A DNA stretch of 59,564 nucleotides, filler included. It is 4 parts of 4 records of this genome, joined end to end, with 100 filler letters (N's around TTAATTAATTAA, not from the genome) between each part and the next. Parts side by side here need not be neighbours in the genome. Positions count along the whole stretch, not along the records: positions 1 to 21,184 come from DRR723986_3482; 3 more parts are not named here. One strand, written 5' to 3'. Of the stretch, positions 9,659 to 19,743 are shown one piece after another. The notes beneath the pieces were generated by a model. That model was not told where the DNA came from, did no database searches, and was given only the letters and a program-made list of their open reading frames with translations. Made by a program: the position numbers and the translations under genes. Every line of letters begins with the position of its first letter. Position 1 is the first letter of the stretch.

Positions 9659-11878
9659 TCAGTGTCCTGTCCAACTTTGAGGATTGATCGGTCCGCGGGC
9701 AGCGTGAATCTGCACCGGGATACCGGTGAGATGAGCCATGCCGGACAGCGCTTCCACACTGTCCGGGCCGTCGGCGGCGAGAATATTGACGTTGGCGCCG
9801 GACAGCGCGCCCGCAACGCTGAGTCCGCGTGCGTTCTGGTGGCCCCAGCCGTGGGGCACCGATACCGTCCCGGGCATCAGTTCCTTGAGTGCTTTCACCG
9901 GCAGGCGAATGCTGGCGGTTGCCGACACGACATCGGCCGCATCGCCCTCGTTCAGGCCCAGCTGGGCGCAGTCATCCGGATGCATGTAGAGGTAGTTGGT
10001 GCGATTGCGCTCACCATTGGTCAGCTCATCAATGTTCTGCGTCCAGGAGTTATGGGTGCTGTGGGTGCGCTTGGATATCAGGCGGAAAACACCCTCGCCA
10101 TCGCCAGCGGCGTAGGCATCGAAGCGCGCCGCCAGTCCCGCGGCTTCTGTGACAAACTCGGCCGGCGCCAGATGCACCAGGCCATCGTCAGTAATCGGGC
10201 GCTTGCCGAGGAAACTGCCGGGTTCCACCTGCTCGCGCGGCAGGCCCTCGCTGTGCTTCAGCATGTCCTTGAAGCTGCCATTACCGGAGCGGCGCAGGAT
10301 CTGGTCGAGGATAAAACGCTGTGGCAGGCCAGGCTGGCCGAAAGGATGGCGCAGCCGGTTGATACCCTTGAGCAGACGCAGGGCCCACTGGGCTCCCTTC
10401 GAGCCAAACAGTCCCACACCGCAGGCGGTGGCAAGGTCGGTGTAAATGGATGCCTCATCGCGCTGCTCGCCGTCGGGCTCTACCAGGGTATCGGTCGCGG
10501 CGAGGTAGGGGATCGACTGCATGCCCAGAAAAAGCGGGAACACGAAGGGCAGGTCGGGCCGTTGCAGCGGTGAGGTAGCCGGCAGTACATAGTCGGCAAT
10601 GCTCGCTGTTTCGTTGAGGTAGATATCGGTTACCACCAGCAACTCCAGCTGCTCCATGGCTTCCTTCAGGCGTGCAGAGTTGGCCATGGTCATCAGTGGG
10701 TTGCCGCCGGTCACAAACATCGCCTTGATCTGGTCCTTACCGGGAGTAAGGATCTCATCCGCCAGGATGCCGCCGGGGAAGCCGCCATTCAGCTCACGGA
10801 AATTGCCGATCCGCGAGCGCGCCTTGCGCATGAACATACCGTTCTTCTTCGCGAAGCCTGCGAAGTCGAAGATGCCCTGGCCGACCAGAGTGCCGCCGCG
10901 GCGGTCCAGGTTGCCGGTTACCGCAGTGATGCACTCGGCGAGCCACTGGGCGAGGGTGCCGTCCTGACCCATGCCCAGGCCTGTGCCGGTAACGATGGCA
11001 GCACCTTCGGCGGCGAGGAAGTCACCCACCAGGGCGCGCAGCTGCTCCGGTTCAATTCCGGTTACCGCGGCGGTTTTTTCCGGTGTCCACTCCGCTACCA
11101 CCGCCTCCAGTTCGGCCAGGCCGGACATGTAGCGACTCACCGCCTGTCGGTCACAGGCGTTGCGGGCAAAGATTTCCTGCAGGAAAGACAGGAAGAAAAA
11201 CACGTCGCTGTTGGGTTTGATGTACTGGTGCTCGCCCGCCACCTTGGCGGTCTCGGTGAAGCGCGGGTCGATCACGATCACCCGGCCGCCCCGCGCCTTG
11301 ACTTCCTTCAGCCGTTTCACCGGGTGCGCCACCTGCAGGAAGGTCCACTTCGAGACCACCGGGTTGGTGCCGACGATCAGCATGCACTGCACGTGGTCGA
11401 GGTCGACAAAGGGCTGGAAAAACGGGAAGCCGTACATCTCTTTGGCGGCGGCAAAACGGTTGGCACAATCCTGGGTCGATGACGAGAAAATATTGTGGGA
11501 GCCCAGGCCCTGCATGAAGCCCTCGGCGAAAATCGGGTGCAGGATGCTGAAACCTGCGGCGGTGCCAACGTACATGCTGATCGACTGCTCGCTCACCTCG
11601 CGCAGTGCGCGCACCTTGGCGCCGATCTCGGCCAGTGCCTGTTGCCAGGAGATGCGCTCAAAACCATCGCCCACGCGCTTCAAGGGGTACTGCAGCCGAT
11701 CCGGCGAGTCGTACATGCTGTGCTGGTGCAGCCCCTTCATGCAGGAGAAGCCAAGGGTGCCATGGTGGTCCTTGTTTGGCGCCAGCGATAACACCTTGTT
11801 GCCATCCACTTCAGCGACCAGGCCGCAGCTGGCCTCACAGATCCGACAGAAGGTATGTTTGGTTTGTGGGGCGCCCAT
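9659..11878 (-). CDS. Molybdopterin-dependent oxidoreductase (DMSO reductase superfamily), substrate unknown
   Basis: N-terminal FCRICEASCG...SCMKG Fe-S motif, DRLQYPLKR, VIDPRFTETA, ADYVLPA, C-terminal MHPDD..GTVSVPHGWG. No Tat signal. Confidence 0.9.
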   Translation of the reverse strand: MGAPQTKHTFCRICEASCGLVAEVDGNKVLSLAPNKDHHGTLGFSCMKGLHQHSMYDSPDRLQYPLKRVGDGFERISWQQALAEIGAKVRALREVSEQSISMYVGTAAGFSILHPIFAEGFMQGLGSHNIFSSSTQDCANRFAAAKEMYGFPFFQPFVDLDHVQCMLIVGTNPVVSKWTFLQVAHPVKRLKEVKARGGRVIVIDPRFTETAKVAGEHQYIKPNSDVFFFLSFLQEIFARNACDRQAVSRYMSGLAELEAVVAEWTPEKTAAVTGIEPEQLRALVGDFLAAEGAAIVTGTGLGMGQDGTLAQWLAECITAVTGNLDRRGGTLVGQGIFDFAGFAKKNGMFMRKARSRIGNFRELNGGFPGGILADEILTPGKDQIKAMFVTGGNPLMTMANSARLKEAMEQLELLVVTDIYLNETASIADYVLPATSPLQRPDLPFVFPLFLGMQSIPYLAATDTLVEPDGEQRDEASIYTDLATACGVGLFGSKGAQWALRLLKGINRLRHPFGQPGLPQRFILDQILRRSGNGSFKDMLKHSEGLPREQVEPGSFLGKRPITDDGLVHLAPAEFVTEAAGLAARFDAYAAGDGEGVFRLISKRTHSTHNSWTQNIDELTNGERNRTNYLYMHPDDCAQLGLNEGDAADVVSATASIRLPVKALKELMPGTVSVPHGWGHQNARGLSVAGALSGANVNILAADGPDSVEALSGMAHLTGIPVQIHAARGPINPQSWTGH

Positions 11879-12063
11879 ATTCGCAGCTTCCTCTCGTTGG
11901 CAAGTGGGCTACGTTAGCAGACCTTGGACCCGCGGTGCGATAGCTGCAGCGCTGTGGTCTGGCAGCTTGAACTGCCATCTTTCGCCCGTCCATCGGCCGG
12001 CTTTGCTCCGTCGCTTATCCCTGCCATAGTGATGGTCATTCAACCCACTACCGGGACCTGTCC

Positions 12064-13080
12064 ATGAATCTCGACAAGTTTGAACGCTATCCGCTGACCT
12101 TCGGGCCTACCCCCATCGAGCACCTGCCGCGCCTGAGCGAGCATCTCGGCGGTGACGTGGAGATTTTTGCCAAGCGTGAGGATTGTAATTCCGGCCTGGC
12201 CTTCGGTGGCAACAAGCTGCGCAAGCTGGAATACATCATCCCGGACGCGATTGCCGAGGGCGCAGACACCCTGGTAACTATTGGCGGCGTGCAGTCCAAT
12301 CATACCCGGCAGGTGGCCGCGGTGGCGGCCAAGCTGGGAATGAAATGCCACCTGGTCCAGGAGAGCTGGGTGCCGTTCCAGGACGCGGTCTATGATCGGG
12401 TGGGCAATATCCTGATGAGCCGGGTCATGGGCGCCGAGATCGAACTGGTGGACGAGGGCTTTGATATCGGCATCCGCGAGAGCTGGGAACGAGCGCTGGA
12501 CAGGGTTCGCGCCGAGGGCGGCAAGCCGTATCCCATTCCGGCGGGCGCGTCGGTGCACAAGTTCGGAGGGCTGGGCTTTGTCGGTTTTGCCGAGGAAGTG
12601 AGGGCGCAGGAGGCCGAACTGGGCCAGGCCTTTGACTACATCGTGGTCTGCACTGTCACCGGTTCCACCCATGCCGGCATGCTGGTCGGCTTCGCCGCGG
12701 ATGGGCGCGCCCGCAAGGTCATCGGCATCGATGCCTCGGGAACGCCGGAACAGACCCGCGAGCAGGTCTTGGCCATCGCGCGCAACACCGCCGCCCTGGT
12801 AGAGCTGGATCAGGAGTTGGTGGCGGACGATGTCGTCTTGCTTGAGGACTATGCCTACCCCGCCTACGGTGTGCCGTCGGAGGAAACCAACGACGCGATT
12901 CGCCTGTGTGGGCGCCTTGAAGGCATGATGACCGACCCCGTTTATGAAGGTAAGTCGATGCAGGGGCTGATCGATCTTGTCACCAGGGGCTATTTCCCCA
13001 AAGGCTCGCGGGTGCTGTACGCCCACCTGGGCGGGGTGCCGGCAATCAACGCTTACAGTTATATCTATCGCAACGGCTGA
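12064..13080 (+). CDS. acdS: 1-aminocyclopropane-1-carboxylate deaminase
   Basis: 338 aa; [21 protein letters not shown] (PLP Lys), [23 protein letters not shown] (E295) and YAHLGG (L322), residues that distinguish AcdS from D-cysteine desulfhydrase. Confidence 0.96.
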   Translation: MNLDKFERYPLTFGPTPIEHLPRLSEHLGGDVEIFAKREDCNSGLAFGGNKLRKLEYIIPDAIAEGADTLVTIGGVQSNHTRQVAAVAAKLGMKCHLVQESWVPFQDAVYDRVGNILMSRVMGAEIELVDEGFDIGIRESWERALDRVRAEGGKPYPIPAGASVHKFGGLGFVGFAEEVRAQEAELGQAFDYIVVCTVTGSTHAGMLVGFAADGRARKVIGIDASGTPEQTREQVLAIARNTAALVELDQELVADDVVLLEDYAYPAYGVPSEETNDAIRLCGRLEGMMTDPVYEGKSMQGLIDLVTRGYFPKGSRVLYAHLGGVPAINAYSYIYRNG

Positions 13081-13230
13081 GGCTTCTCTCCTGTCGGGGC
13101 GGCGCCGTGCTGGTGTGCATTCTGGCAAATATCTCCTGGCAATCTACACTCTCTAGGAAACACGCTTTTTGTTGGTTGTTACTCATCAATAGCCGGACAG
13201 AACAGAAGCGGAAAAAACGGGAGAGTTGCC

Positions 13231-13932
13231 ATGAAATACAGGGCCTTACTGGCAGGCGCACTGCTGGGCATTGTGGGACAGGCATCAGCGACACCTGCCA
13301 TGTCCATCGTCACCGTAAACACTGAAGACCCCGTGGGCTACATGAAATGGGCCGAGGGTAGCGGGCCAGCGATAGGTAGCGCCATTGACGCATTTGTTGG
13401 CGGCGTCTGCATTGCCGACGCCGGCTTTTACGAACCTGGCGAGATTTACTACTGGCATCTGTTTCGTGACCTCGCCACTGCCATGGGTGCCTCGGTCTAC
13501 AATGAAGCGGTCACTAAAGAGGCCAAAAAGCTCAAGGTGAAGCGGACGGTTTCCCGGTCGGACATCCTGACCCTGGGTGTGGGTGAAGAGCCGGTCGGCA
13601 TGAACGTGGGTGACACCTTTTCCAACTGGGACCTGGTGGTTGCCACCGACGATACCGGACTCTACGGGCAACAGCTTAATCGGATCAGCGATGAAGCGAG
13701 TAAACACGGCTTTGCCGATATATCCGTATCAGCCCACACCTACCTGACCGGTGAGAATGCCGGCGACATGTTGGTGCAGATTGTTGCGCCTACCAATACC
13801 CGGCTTGGCGCGTTTCTCGACCAGATGAACAGCGACTGGATGGCGCCCATCATGGCTGGCCTGACGGGGATCCGGGAGTATCAGCGGGGTTTCATGGTCA
13901 ACTGCACGGTCACTTTCGTCAAAGGCAGCTAG
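13231..13932 (+). CDS. Hypothetical secreted protein
   Basis: RBS GGGAG, signal peptide MKYRALLAGALLGIVGQASA, coding-like composition; no family recognised. Confidence 0.75.
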   Translation: MKYRALLAGALLGIVGQASATPAMSIVTVNTEDPVGYMKWAEGSGPAIGSAIDAFVGGVCIADAGFYEPGEIYYWHLFRDLATAMGASVYNEAVTKEAKKLKVKRTVSRSDILTLGVGEEPVGMNVGDTFSNWDLVVATDDTGLYGQQLNRISDEASKHGFADISVSAHTYLTGENAGDMLVQIVAPTNTRLGAFLDQMNSDWMAPIMAGLTGIREYQRGFMVNCTVTFVKGS

Positions 13933-14004
13933 TGGCGCGCCGGCGGCTTTCGCTGCAATCGGTATAGTCGCCTGGCGACTAACCCGGGCGCGTTCGCCTG
14001 CGCC

Positions 14005-16191
14005 TTAGCGGCGGCGACTGCCGCCCATCCGTGCAGGTCGCTGCGCTTCCCGGCGCATACCTGAGCTGCGGGCCTGGTGCGCACGGTTCAGCCCGCTTCG
14101 ATCAATGCTGGTGCGCTGTTGCGGCATACTTGCCGGGCGAGACATGCTGTCTCGGTTGGCCTGTGCCTTCTTTGCCGCTTCCGCGCGCTGCTGCTGGTCC
14201 ATTGAGCTGGCCTTGTCCCTGGCTGCCTGGGCAGAGTCACGTTGCCAGCCACCGTCCGCGCGGCTTTCCCAGTCGTCGCCGACCCGCCTGGCAATGTTGC
14301 CATCGCGATCGGCGTACACGTTGTTGGCCCGATCGGTGCTGGGCCGCGCCTGCTTCAGGTTTTCTCTCGCCACGCTCCGGTCGGCCACCCGGTTGCGGTT
14401 ATCCGCCTGTTGATACAGGTTTCGGTCGCCAGCGCGGTCCCTGAGCGTCGGATTGCGCTCCAGCCGATCGCCGATATCCACCCGGTTGCCCACGTTGATA
14501 TTGTTGCCAATGTTGATATCGCCCGTGTTGATGATGGTCGGCCCACGATAGCCTCCGCCATACCAGCCGCCGCAGCAGCCCCATGGCCTGTAGGGACCGT
14601 AGCCGCCGCCCCAGCTCATTCCCAGGGAGAAGAAACCGTTGCTCCAGCTGACCCCGAAGTTCCAGCCCGTCCAGGGGTTGTAGCCCACATGCAGGCCCCA
14701 GGTGGGTGGGCGCGGGTAGTAGTAACGGCCCCAGTAGGGTGGGTAATACCATCCTGTGCCGTAGACGGGCACGCCGTAATACGGAAATGACCAGAGGTAA
14801 CCAGGCGTATAGCCGACGTACACGACTTCGGGCGTGGATTCGTAAATGTGCACATGGGTCGTGTTGTAAACCGGAGAGCTGGGTGGGATCCTGGCAATCT
14901 CCTGGGAGGGTATGCTATCGGCCACAGCCCATGGTCCGGTTGCCGCCGCCGACTCAAACCACACACCGTCATCCACGGCGTAGTAGTGGCTGTCGATCCG
15001 CAGCACCTGGGCGCCGGTATTGACTGCATAGGCAACGGCGGTGCCGGCGATTGCTTCGAACTTCGGCTCGCCATCGTAGTCCACTGTCAGGCTGGCTGAT
15101 TTGCGATCGATGGCGGCGGTCTGCGGGATGCTGGCATCGAGCAAGGCATCCTCCGCTTCTTCGGTACCAGCGACCGAGGCACGCAAACCGCCCAGATCAG
15201 ATGCGGGCGGTATGTCCTTGAAAGCTGTCGGCAGCTCCGTTGCCGGCACAAAGGTCCAGGGTCCGTCTTGTGTTTTTGCACGGAACCAGCGGCCGGAGAG
15301 CAAGACGTACATGTTGCCGGTACTGAGCACTCGCAGCCACGGGGTTTCGGTATTTGTAACGTACAGCAGTTCTCCGCCGGGCAGGGACTTCCAGTTGGGT
15401 GCGCCGCTGGTTGCGATCAGCTCGGTGGCTTCGGTTGCGGCAACAATGGCTGCGGCACTGCCGGGCGCGGCTGAGTCTTCCGGCTCTGGCAACATCGCGA
15501 TCAGGTCCGCAGGGGGTGAGTCGGTCGCGCGCCAGGGACCCAGTGGATCCGCTGCCAGGTACCACTGGCTGCCGTTACCCAGATAATAGTTCGAGGAACG
15601 GGTGTCCAGTACAACCAGGAACGGCGTGTTCAGGGCGCGCTCGAAGGGGCTGTCCTGCACTGGTGAGAAACGGGGTTTGCCGTCGTAGAGCAGCAGCACC
15701 GCCAGTTCCTCGCTGAACAGGATCCGTGGCGGATCGGATTTCAGGTTCTGCAGACTTTGCTGTTCCAGGTTGGCGGTCTCCAGGCTCGACGACAGGCGAT
15801 CCAGCGAGATCTCGAAGCCGGTCGCCGGAACCTGTTGCTCCACGATAGTAGTCAAGCGCTGCTCAGCCGCGTCGGTGGATTCGGGCCAGCTGACTCGGGT
15901 GACTTTCACGTCCCGGACCAGCGCAGTACCGGCGTCGTGATCGGTATCGATTTTCGCGGTAAACCACAGGGCGCCGAACACGGGCTCCCGGGCGTCCTTG
16001 AGCAGCATCGACATGGCGGCCCGCCCGGACAGCGTATTGCCCTGCAGGGTTTCCGGCTGGGGCTGGTACATCACCAGAGTACCTTCAGGGGTATCGATCT
16101 CCTGCGGCCAGTTAATGGCCTGGGCCAGGCCGGGTGATAACACGCCAAGGCTGAGCAGACTGACTGCAAGCAGGTGTTTGACTAAGCGCAA
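14005..16191 (-). CDS. Large secreted hypothetical protein with Tyr/Trp/Gly/Pro-rich segment and Arg-rich disordered tail
   Basis: TTG 16191 preceded by GGAGG; signal peptide MRLVKHLLAVSLLSLGVLSPGLAQA; WPQEI..YQPQ N-terminus; VYVGYTPGY..VYGTGWYYPP..GYNPWTGW. The ORF-track extension to 16824 overlaps the MFS gene and is not used. Confidence 0.8.
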   Translation of the reverse strand: MRLVKHLLAVSLLSLGVLSPGLAQAINWPQEIDTPEGTLVMYQPQPETLQGNTLSGRAAMSMLLKDAREPVFGALWFTAKIDTDHDAGTALVRDVKVTRVSWPESTDAAEQRLTTIVEQQVPATGFEISLDRLSSSLETANLEQQSLQNLKSDPPRILFSEELAVLLLYDGKPRFSPVQDSPFERALNTPFLVVLDTRSSNYYLGNGSQWYLAADPLGPWRATDSPPADLIAMLPEPEDSAAPGSAAAIVAATEATELIATSGAPNWKSLPGGELLYVTNTETPWLRVLSTGNMYVLLSGRWFRAKTQDGPWTFVPATELPTAFKDIPPASDLGGLRASVAGTEEAEDALLDASIPQTAAIDRKSASLTVDYDGEPKFEAIAGTAVAYAVNTGAQVLRIDSHYYAVDDGVWFESAAATGPWAVADSIPSQEIARIPPSSPVYNTTHVHIYESTPEVVYVGYTPGYLWSFPYYGVPVYGTGWYYPPYWGRYYYPRPPTWGLHVGYNPWTGWNFGVSWSNGFFSLGMSWGGGYGPYRPWGCCGGWYGGGYRGPTIINTGDINIGNNINVGNRVDIGDRLERNPTLRDRAGDRNLYQQADNRNRVADRSVARENLKQARPSTDRANNVYADRDGNIARRVGDDWESRADGGWQRDSAQAARDKASSMDQQQRAEAAKKAQANRDSMSRPASMPQQRTSIDRSGLNRAHQARSSGMRREAQRPARMGGSRRR

Positions 16192-16280
16192 ATTGGCCTC
16201 CCGCGGCACGTGGCTTAACTGATGACTGGCAGGCTTTTTGTTATAGCCGAGGTCGGTGGTTCTCGCCAGCAGCGTTGCGC

Positions 16281-17528
16281 CTAAGCGACCTCGCGCCCGG
16301 CTAGCCGGAGCGCCAGCCAGGCGAGGCCGGATGCCGTGAGCACGTAGGCAAGGCCCCACCATGCCATGGTTTCCATGCTTGTCCCGGCATCGATAGCCCA
16401 GCCCATCACCACAGGGGATACCGCGCTGGAGAACACCATGAGCGCGGTGGTCAGGGACTTGATCGACCCGAGATGGAGAGTGCCGTAGCGCTCCGCGTAG
16501 AACGGTGACGCCACGGTCGAGTAGGTCCCCACCGCTACCCCCATCAGGCACATGAAAGCCAGGGCGATCCATAGCTGCGACGCGCTGGCCAGCAGGGCGA
16601 GGCCAAGACCCATGGGCAGGATCATCACCGGCAGCATCCGGGTCGCGGTAAACCGGTCCACCAGGATGCCTGCCAGCAGTTTGGTGACCGAGGTGGTGAG
16701 CGCATACACAATATACAAGGTGGCCCACAGTGGCAGCGGCCATTGCTTGGCCTCGACGAGATGCACCTGGTGGAACATGAAACCGGTGAACAGCAAGGGC
16801 ATGGCCAGCAGTGACGGCAGCCACAGGTAGAACAAGGGGTCTGTCAGCATTTCATTCCGGGTCCACTGGCGCTGGCGGACCTGGCCCGCCATAGCATCGG
16901 GGTCATTGTCGGCCAGGGTTCGCCGTAGGTACTGGTCGTGGCGATGGTCGTGATCCCTGAGTAACCAGCGCACCAGCAGCGGCAGAATAAGCAGCAGGGC
17001 CACGCCCCAGAAAATCCAGGACTGGCGCCAGTCCAGCAGCAGGAGCAGGGCGATGACCAGGGATGGCAGGATCGCCTCGGAGATCGAGTAGCCGATGCCG
17101 CTGAGTGCGTTTGCCTTGCCCTTGGCACCTTCGATATAGCGCACCATGGTGGTGGTTCCGGCCATGCTCATCAAACCCTGGCCCATGTGTCGCAGCGCCA
17201 GGATGGCGATAAACAGGGTGATGACGCCCTGACTCACCGATAGCAGGAAACAGCCCGCGACCAGGCCCGCGATCACCACATAGGAAAAGCGACGCAGGTC
17301 CACGCGATCGATCAGGCTCCCGGTCCACAGCAGCAGCACGGCGCTGGCCAGGGTGGCGGCCGAGTACACGGCGCCGAAGTCGCCATGGCTCAGCCCGAGG
17401 TCGGCGCGCAGTTCGCCGCTGAACAGGGAGATAAAAAAGGTCTGGCCCAGGCTCGAGCCGAACGTCATGGCAAAGCCGAACAGCAGCAGGCGCCATTCCG
17501 AGCGGATCAGCGGGACGAAGGATTTCAC
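16281..17528 (-). CDS. MFS transporter
   Basis: About 12 hydrophobic segments, SSLGQTFFISLF, motif A-like GSLIDRVDLR and GILVDRFTA, YGTLHLGSIKS; GTG start at 17528. Confidence 0.9.
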   Translation of the reverse strand: MKSFVPLIRSEWRLLLFGFAMTFGSSLGQTFFISLFSGELRADLGLSHGDFGAVYSAATLASAVLLLWTGSLIDRVDLRRFSYVVIAGLVAGCFLLSVSQGVITLFIAILALRHMGQGLMSMAGTTTMVRYIEGAKGKANALSGIGYSISEAILPSLVIALLLLLDWRQSWIFWGVALLLILPLLVRWLLRDHDHRHDQYLRRTLADNDPDAMAGQVRQRQWTRNEMLTDPLFYLWLPSLLAMPLLFTGFMFHQVHLVEAKQWPLPLWATLYIVYALTTSVTKLLAGILVDRFTATRMLPVMILPMGLGLALLASASQLWIALAFMCLMGVAVGTYSTVASPFYAERYGTLHLGSIKSLTTALMVFSSAVSPVVMGWAIDAGTSMETMAWWGLAYVLTASGLAWLALRLAGREVA

Positions 17529-17541
17529 AGGCTTGTCGTTG

Positions 17542-19155
17542 TCAGTTTGCCAGGTGCGCAACCTGTTCGCCGGCAAAGGCTGCGACTGACTTGTAATCGG
17601 CCTTGCCGTTGGGGGCCCGGAACGGCGGACCACCGGTGAATACGTGCTTGGGAGCCTTGTAGTGGGCCAGGTGCTGGCGGGTAAAGGCGATCAGGGCAGT
17701 CTCGTTGAGAGCGGCGCCATCCTCGAGTTCAACCACCGCGGTAACCGCCTGGCCCCACTTGTCATCCTTGACCCCGACAACCAGTGCGTCCTTCACATCC
17801 GGATGCTGCTTCAAGGTTTCCTCGACCTCCTCGGGGTAGATTTTTTCGCCTGCGGAGTTGATGCAGACCGAACCGCGTCCGAGCAAGGTCAGGGTGCCGT
17901 CTTCTGCCACCAGGCAGTAGTCGCCGGGAATCGAGTAGCGCACACCGTCGATGGTTTTGAAAGTTTTCGCGGTCTTCGCCTCGTCGCCATAGTAGCCCCG
18001 GGGCATGGGCCCGCAGAAAGCGATGAAACCCGGCTGTTCACTGCCCCGGGGCAGTTCCCGGTCCTGTTCGTCGAAGACCCGGCACAGGTCGTTGGTGACG
18101 AAGCGGGCAGTCTGGATCGGCATGTCTTTCGCCATGATCGAGGCGCCGAAGCCAATCGCCTCGGAAGAGCCAAAGCTGTCAGCCAGCAAGATGTGCGGCA
18201 GTTGCTCAAGCAATTGCTCTTTCACTTCCACTGACCACATTACCCCGGATGAAATCATTCCCTGCAGGCTCGTAAGGTCCCAGCTACCGGGGTTTTGCTG
18301 CAGCGCGGCCAGCATGGGTTTGGCGAAAGCGTCGCCGACGATGGACAGGCTGTTGACCTTGCGCGTTTCCACCGTTTGCCACAGTTCTTCCGGGTCCAGT
18401 GACGGGGAGGGCAGGGTCACCACCGTGCCGCCGGCGTAGAACGCGCCCATGGCGGTGAATAGCCCGGTGCCGTGCATTAGCGGACACACCGGGATCATGG
18501 TGTCGCCCGGTCCGTCATTGGCGATTTTTGTGCGCAGTTCGTCGAGGCTTTCAGGCACCGGGCCCATGGCACGCAGGGCCAGGGATTGGGCCTCGCGCAA
18601 GTTGTGGTTATCCCACATAACGCCCTTGGGCATCCCGGTGGTGCCGCCGGTGTACAGCAACATCAGGTCGTCCGGGGAGCGCTCGATATCCAGATTGCTG
18701 GCGTCGCCGTTCGTGGCCAGCGACTCATAGCTGAGCGACCCGGCCGGAGGCTGCTGGTCGCCGATCTCGACCCACAGCTTTACCTTGGGCAGTCGATCGC
18801 GCAGGGCATCGACGTTATCGCGAAACTCGGGGCCGTAGACCACCACCGTGGCATCGGAATTGTCGAAGATGTAGTGCACTTCCTCGGCGATATAGCGGTA
18901 ATTGACGTTAACGTGAGCCAGGCGGGCACGGAAACAGGCCGCCAGCAGCTCCATGTATTCCGGACGGTTGCGCATGTAGAAGCCGACCTTGTCACCTTGT
19001 GCCGCGCCGCCGGCCAGCAGGTTGCGGGCCAGCCGATTCGAACGCTGGTCCACCTCACCCCAGCTCAGTACCCGGTCGCCATGAATAAGGCAGGGGTGAT
19101 CCACGGGCAGCACTTGGGTGATCGAATCCAGGATGTCGCCGAAGTTCCAGGGCAT
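17542..19155 (-). CDS. Acyl-CoA synthetase (AMP-binding, FadD19-like subfamily)
   Basis: LYTGGTTGMPKGVMW, HVNVNYRY, IVGDAFAKP, GSSE, SIPGD, GRGSVCINSAGEKIYPEEVE, RAPNGKADY. Confidence 0.93.
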   Translation of the reverse strand: MPWNFGDILDSITQVLPVDHPCLIHGDRVLSWGEVDQRSNRLARNLLAGGAAQGDKVGFYMRNRPEYMELLAACFRARLAHVNVNYRYIAEEVHYIFDNSDATVVVYGPEFRDNVDALRDRLPKVKLWVEIGDQQPPAGSLSYESLATNGDASNLDIERSPDDLMLLYTGGTTGMPKGVMWDNHNLREAQSLALRAMGPVPESLDELRTKIANDGPGDTMIPVCPLMHGTGLFTAMGAFYAGGTVVTLPSPSLDPEELWQTVETRKVNSLSIVGDAFAKPMLAALQQNPGSWDLTSLQGMISSGVMWSVEVKEQLLEQLPHILLADSFGSSEAIGFGASIMAKDMPIQTARFVTNDLCRVFDEQDRELPRGSEQPGFIAFCGPMPRGYYGDEAKTAKTFKTIDGVRYSIPGDYCLVAEDGTLTLLGRGSVCINSAGEKIYPEEVEETLKQHPDVKDALVVGVKDDKWGQAVTAVVELEDGAALNETALIAFTRQHLAHYKAPKHVFTGGPPFRAPNGKADYKSVAAFAGEQVAHLAN

Positions 19156-19304
19156 GAGTGCTCCTTGTCAGTCGAATTTGCCGACTGCCAAGGTTACTCC
19201 TGTGGACGGCTGCAGGAAACCGCGGTCGCTTCGGCGGTGTTTGCGGCGCGGGAATGCTCTATGCTTGGCGCAACGCGTTGGCGCTGACTGTAAGGTGAAG
19301 AGGC

Positions 19305-19727
19305 ATGCAGGTAGAAAACCGCTTACAACCGAATAAGGAACAGATCCAGGGTTTCACCGAGGAGCCAGCCACCGGGCCGATCTATATGGTCAACCTGCTC
19401 AAGTTCCGCGAGCGGGCCGCCTACCCGGATGGTCGTGACCCGGATCTGAGCGGCCGTGAGGCCTATCAGCGCTACACGGTGGGCATCATGCCGCTGCTGG
19501 CCGCACTCGGTGGTGGCGTGGTATTCAGCGCGGAGGTGTCGCGCTTGATGCTGGGCGAGGTGGAGGAGCTGTGGGACCAGGTCGCTATTGCCTGGTACCC
19601 GAGCCGGCAGGCGATGCTCGACATGATGCTGTCCGAGGACTACCAGGCCATCCACGTCCACCGTGATGCCGGCCTTGCGGGGCAGCTCAATCTGGAAACC
19701 CTGGACGCGTTCATCCCGGGACTGTGA
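19305..19727 (+). CDS. DUF1330-family dimeric alpha/beta barrel protein
   Basis: GPIYMVNLLKFRERAAYPDG..SGREAY..WDQVAIAWYPSR..HRDAGL. Confidence 0.85.
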   Translation: MQVENRLQPNKEQIQGFTEEPATGPIYMVNLLKFRERAAYPDGRDPDLSGREAYQRYTVGIMPLLAALGGGVVFSAEVSRLMLGEVEELWDQVAIAWYPSRQAMLDMMLSEDYQAIHVHRDAGLAGQLNLETLDAFIPGL

Positions 19728-19743
19728 TCAAAGGAGAGACGCC

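Noticed and set aside
12040-13128. 362-aa ORF antisense to acdS
   Set aside because: Shadow ORF of a strongly conserved gene.
16192-16824. N-terminal extension of the 939-aa ORF
   Set aside because: Overlaps the MFS gene in another frame; RBS and signal peptide support TTG 16191.
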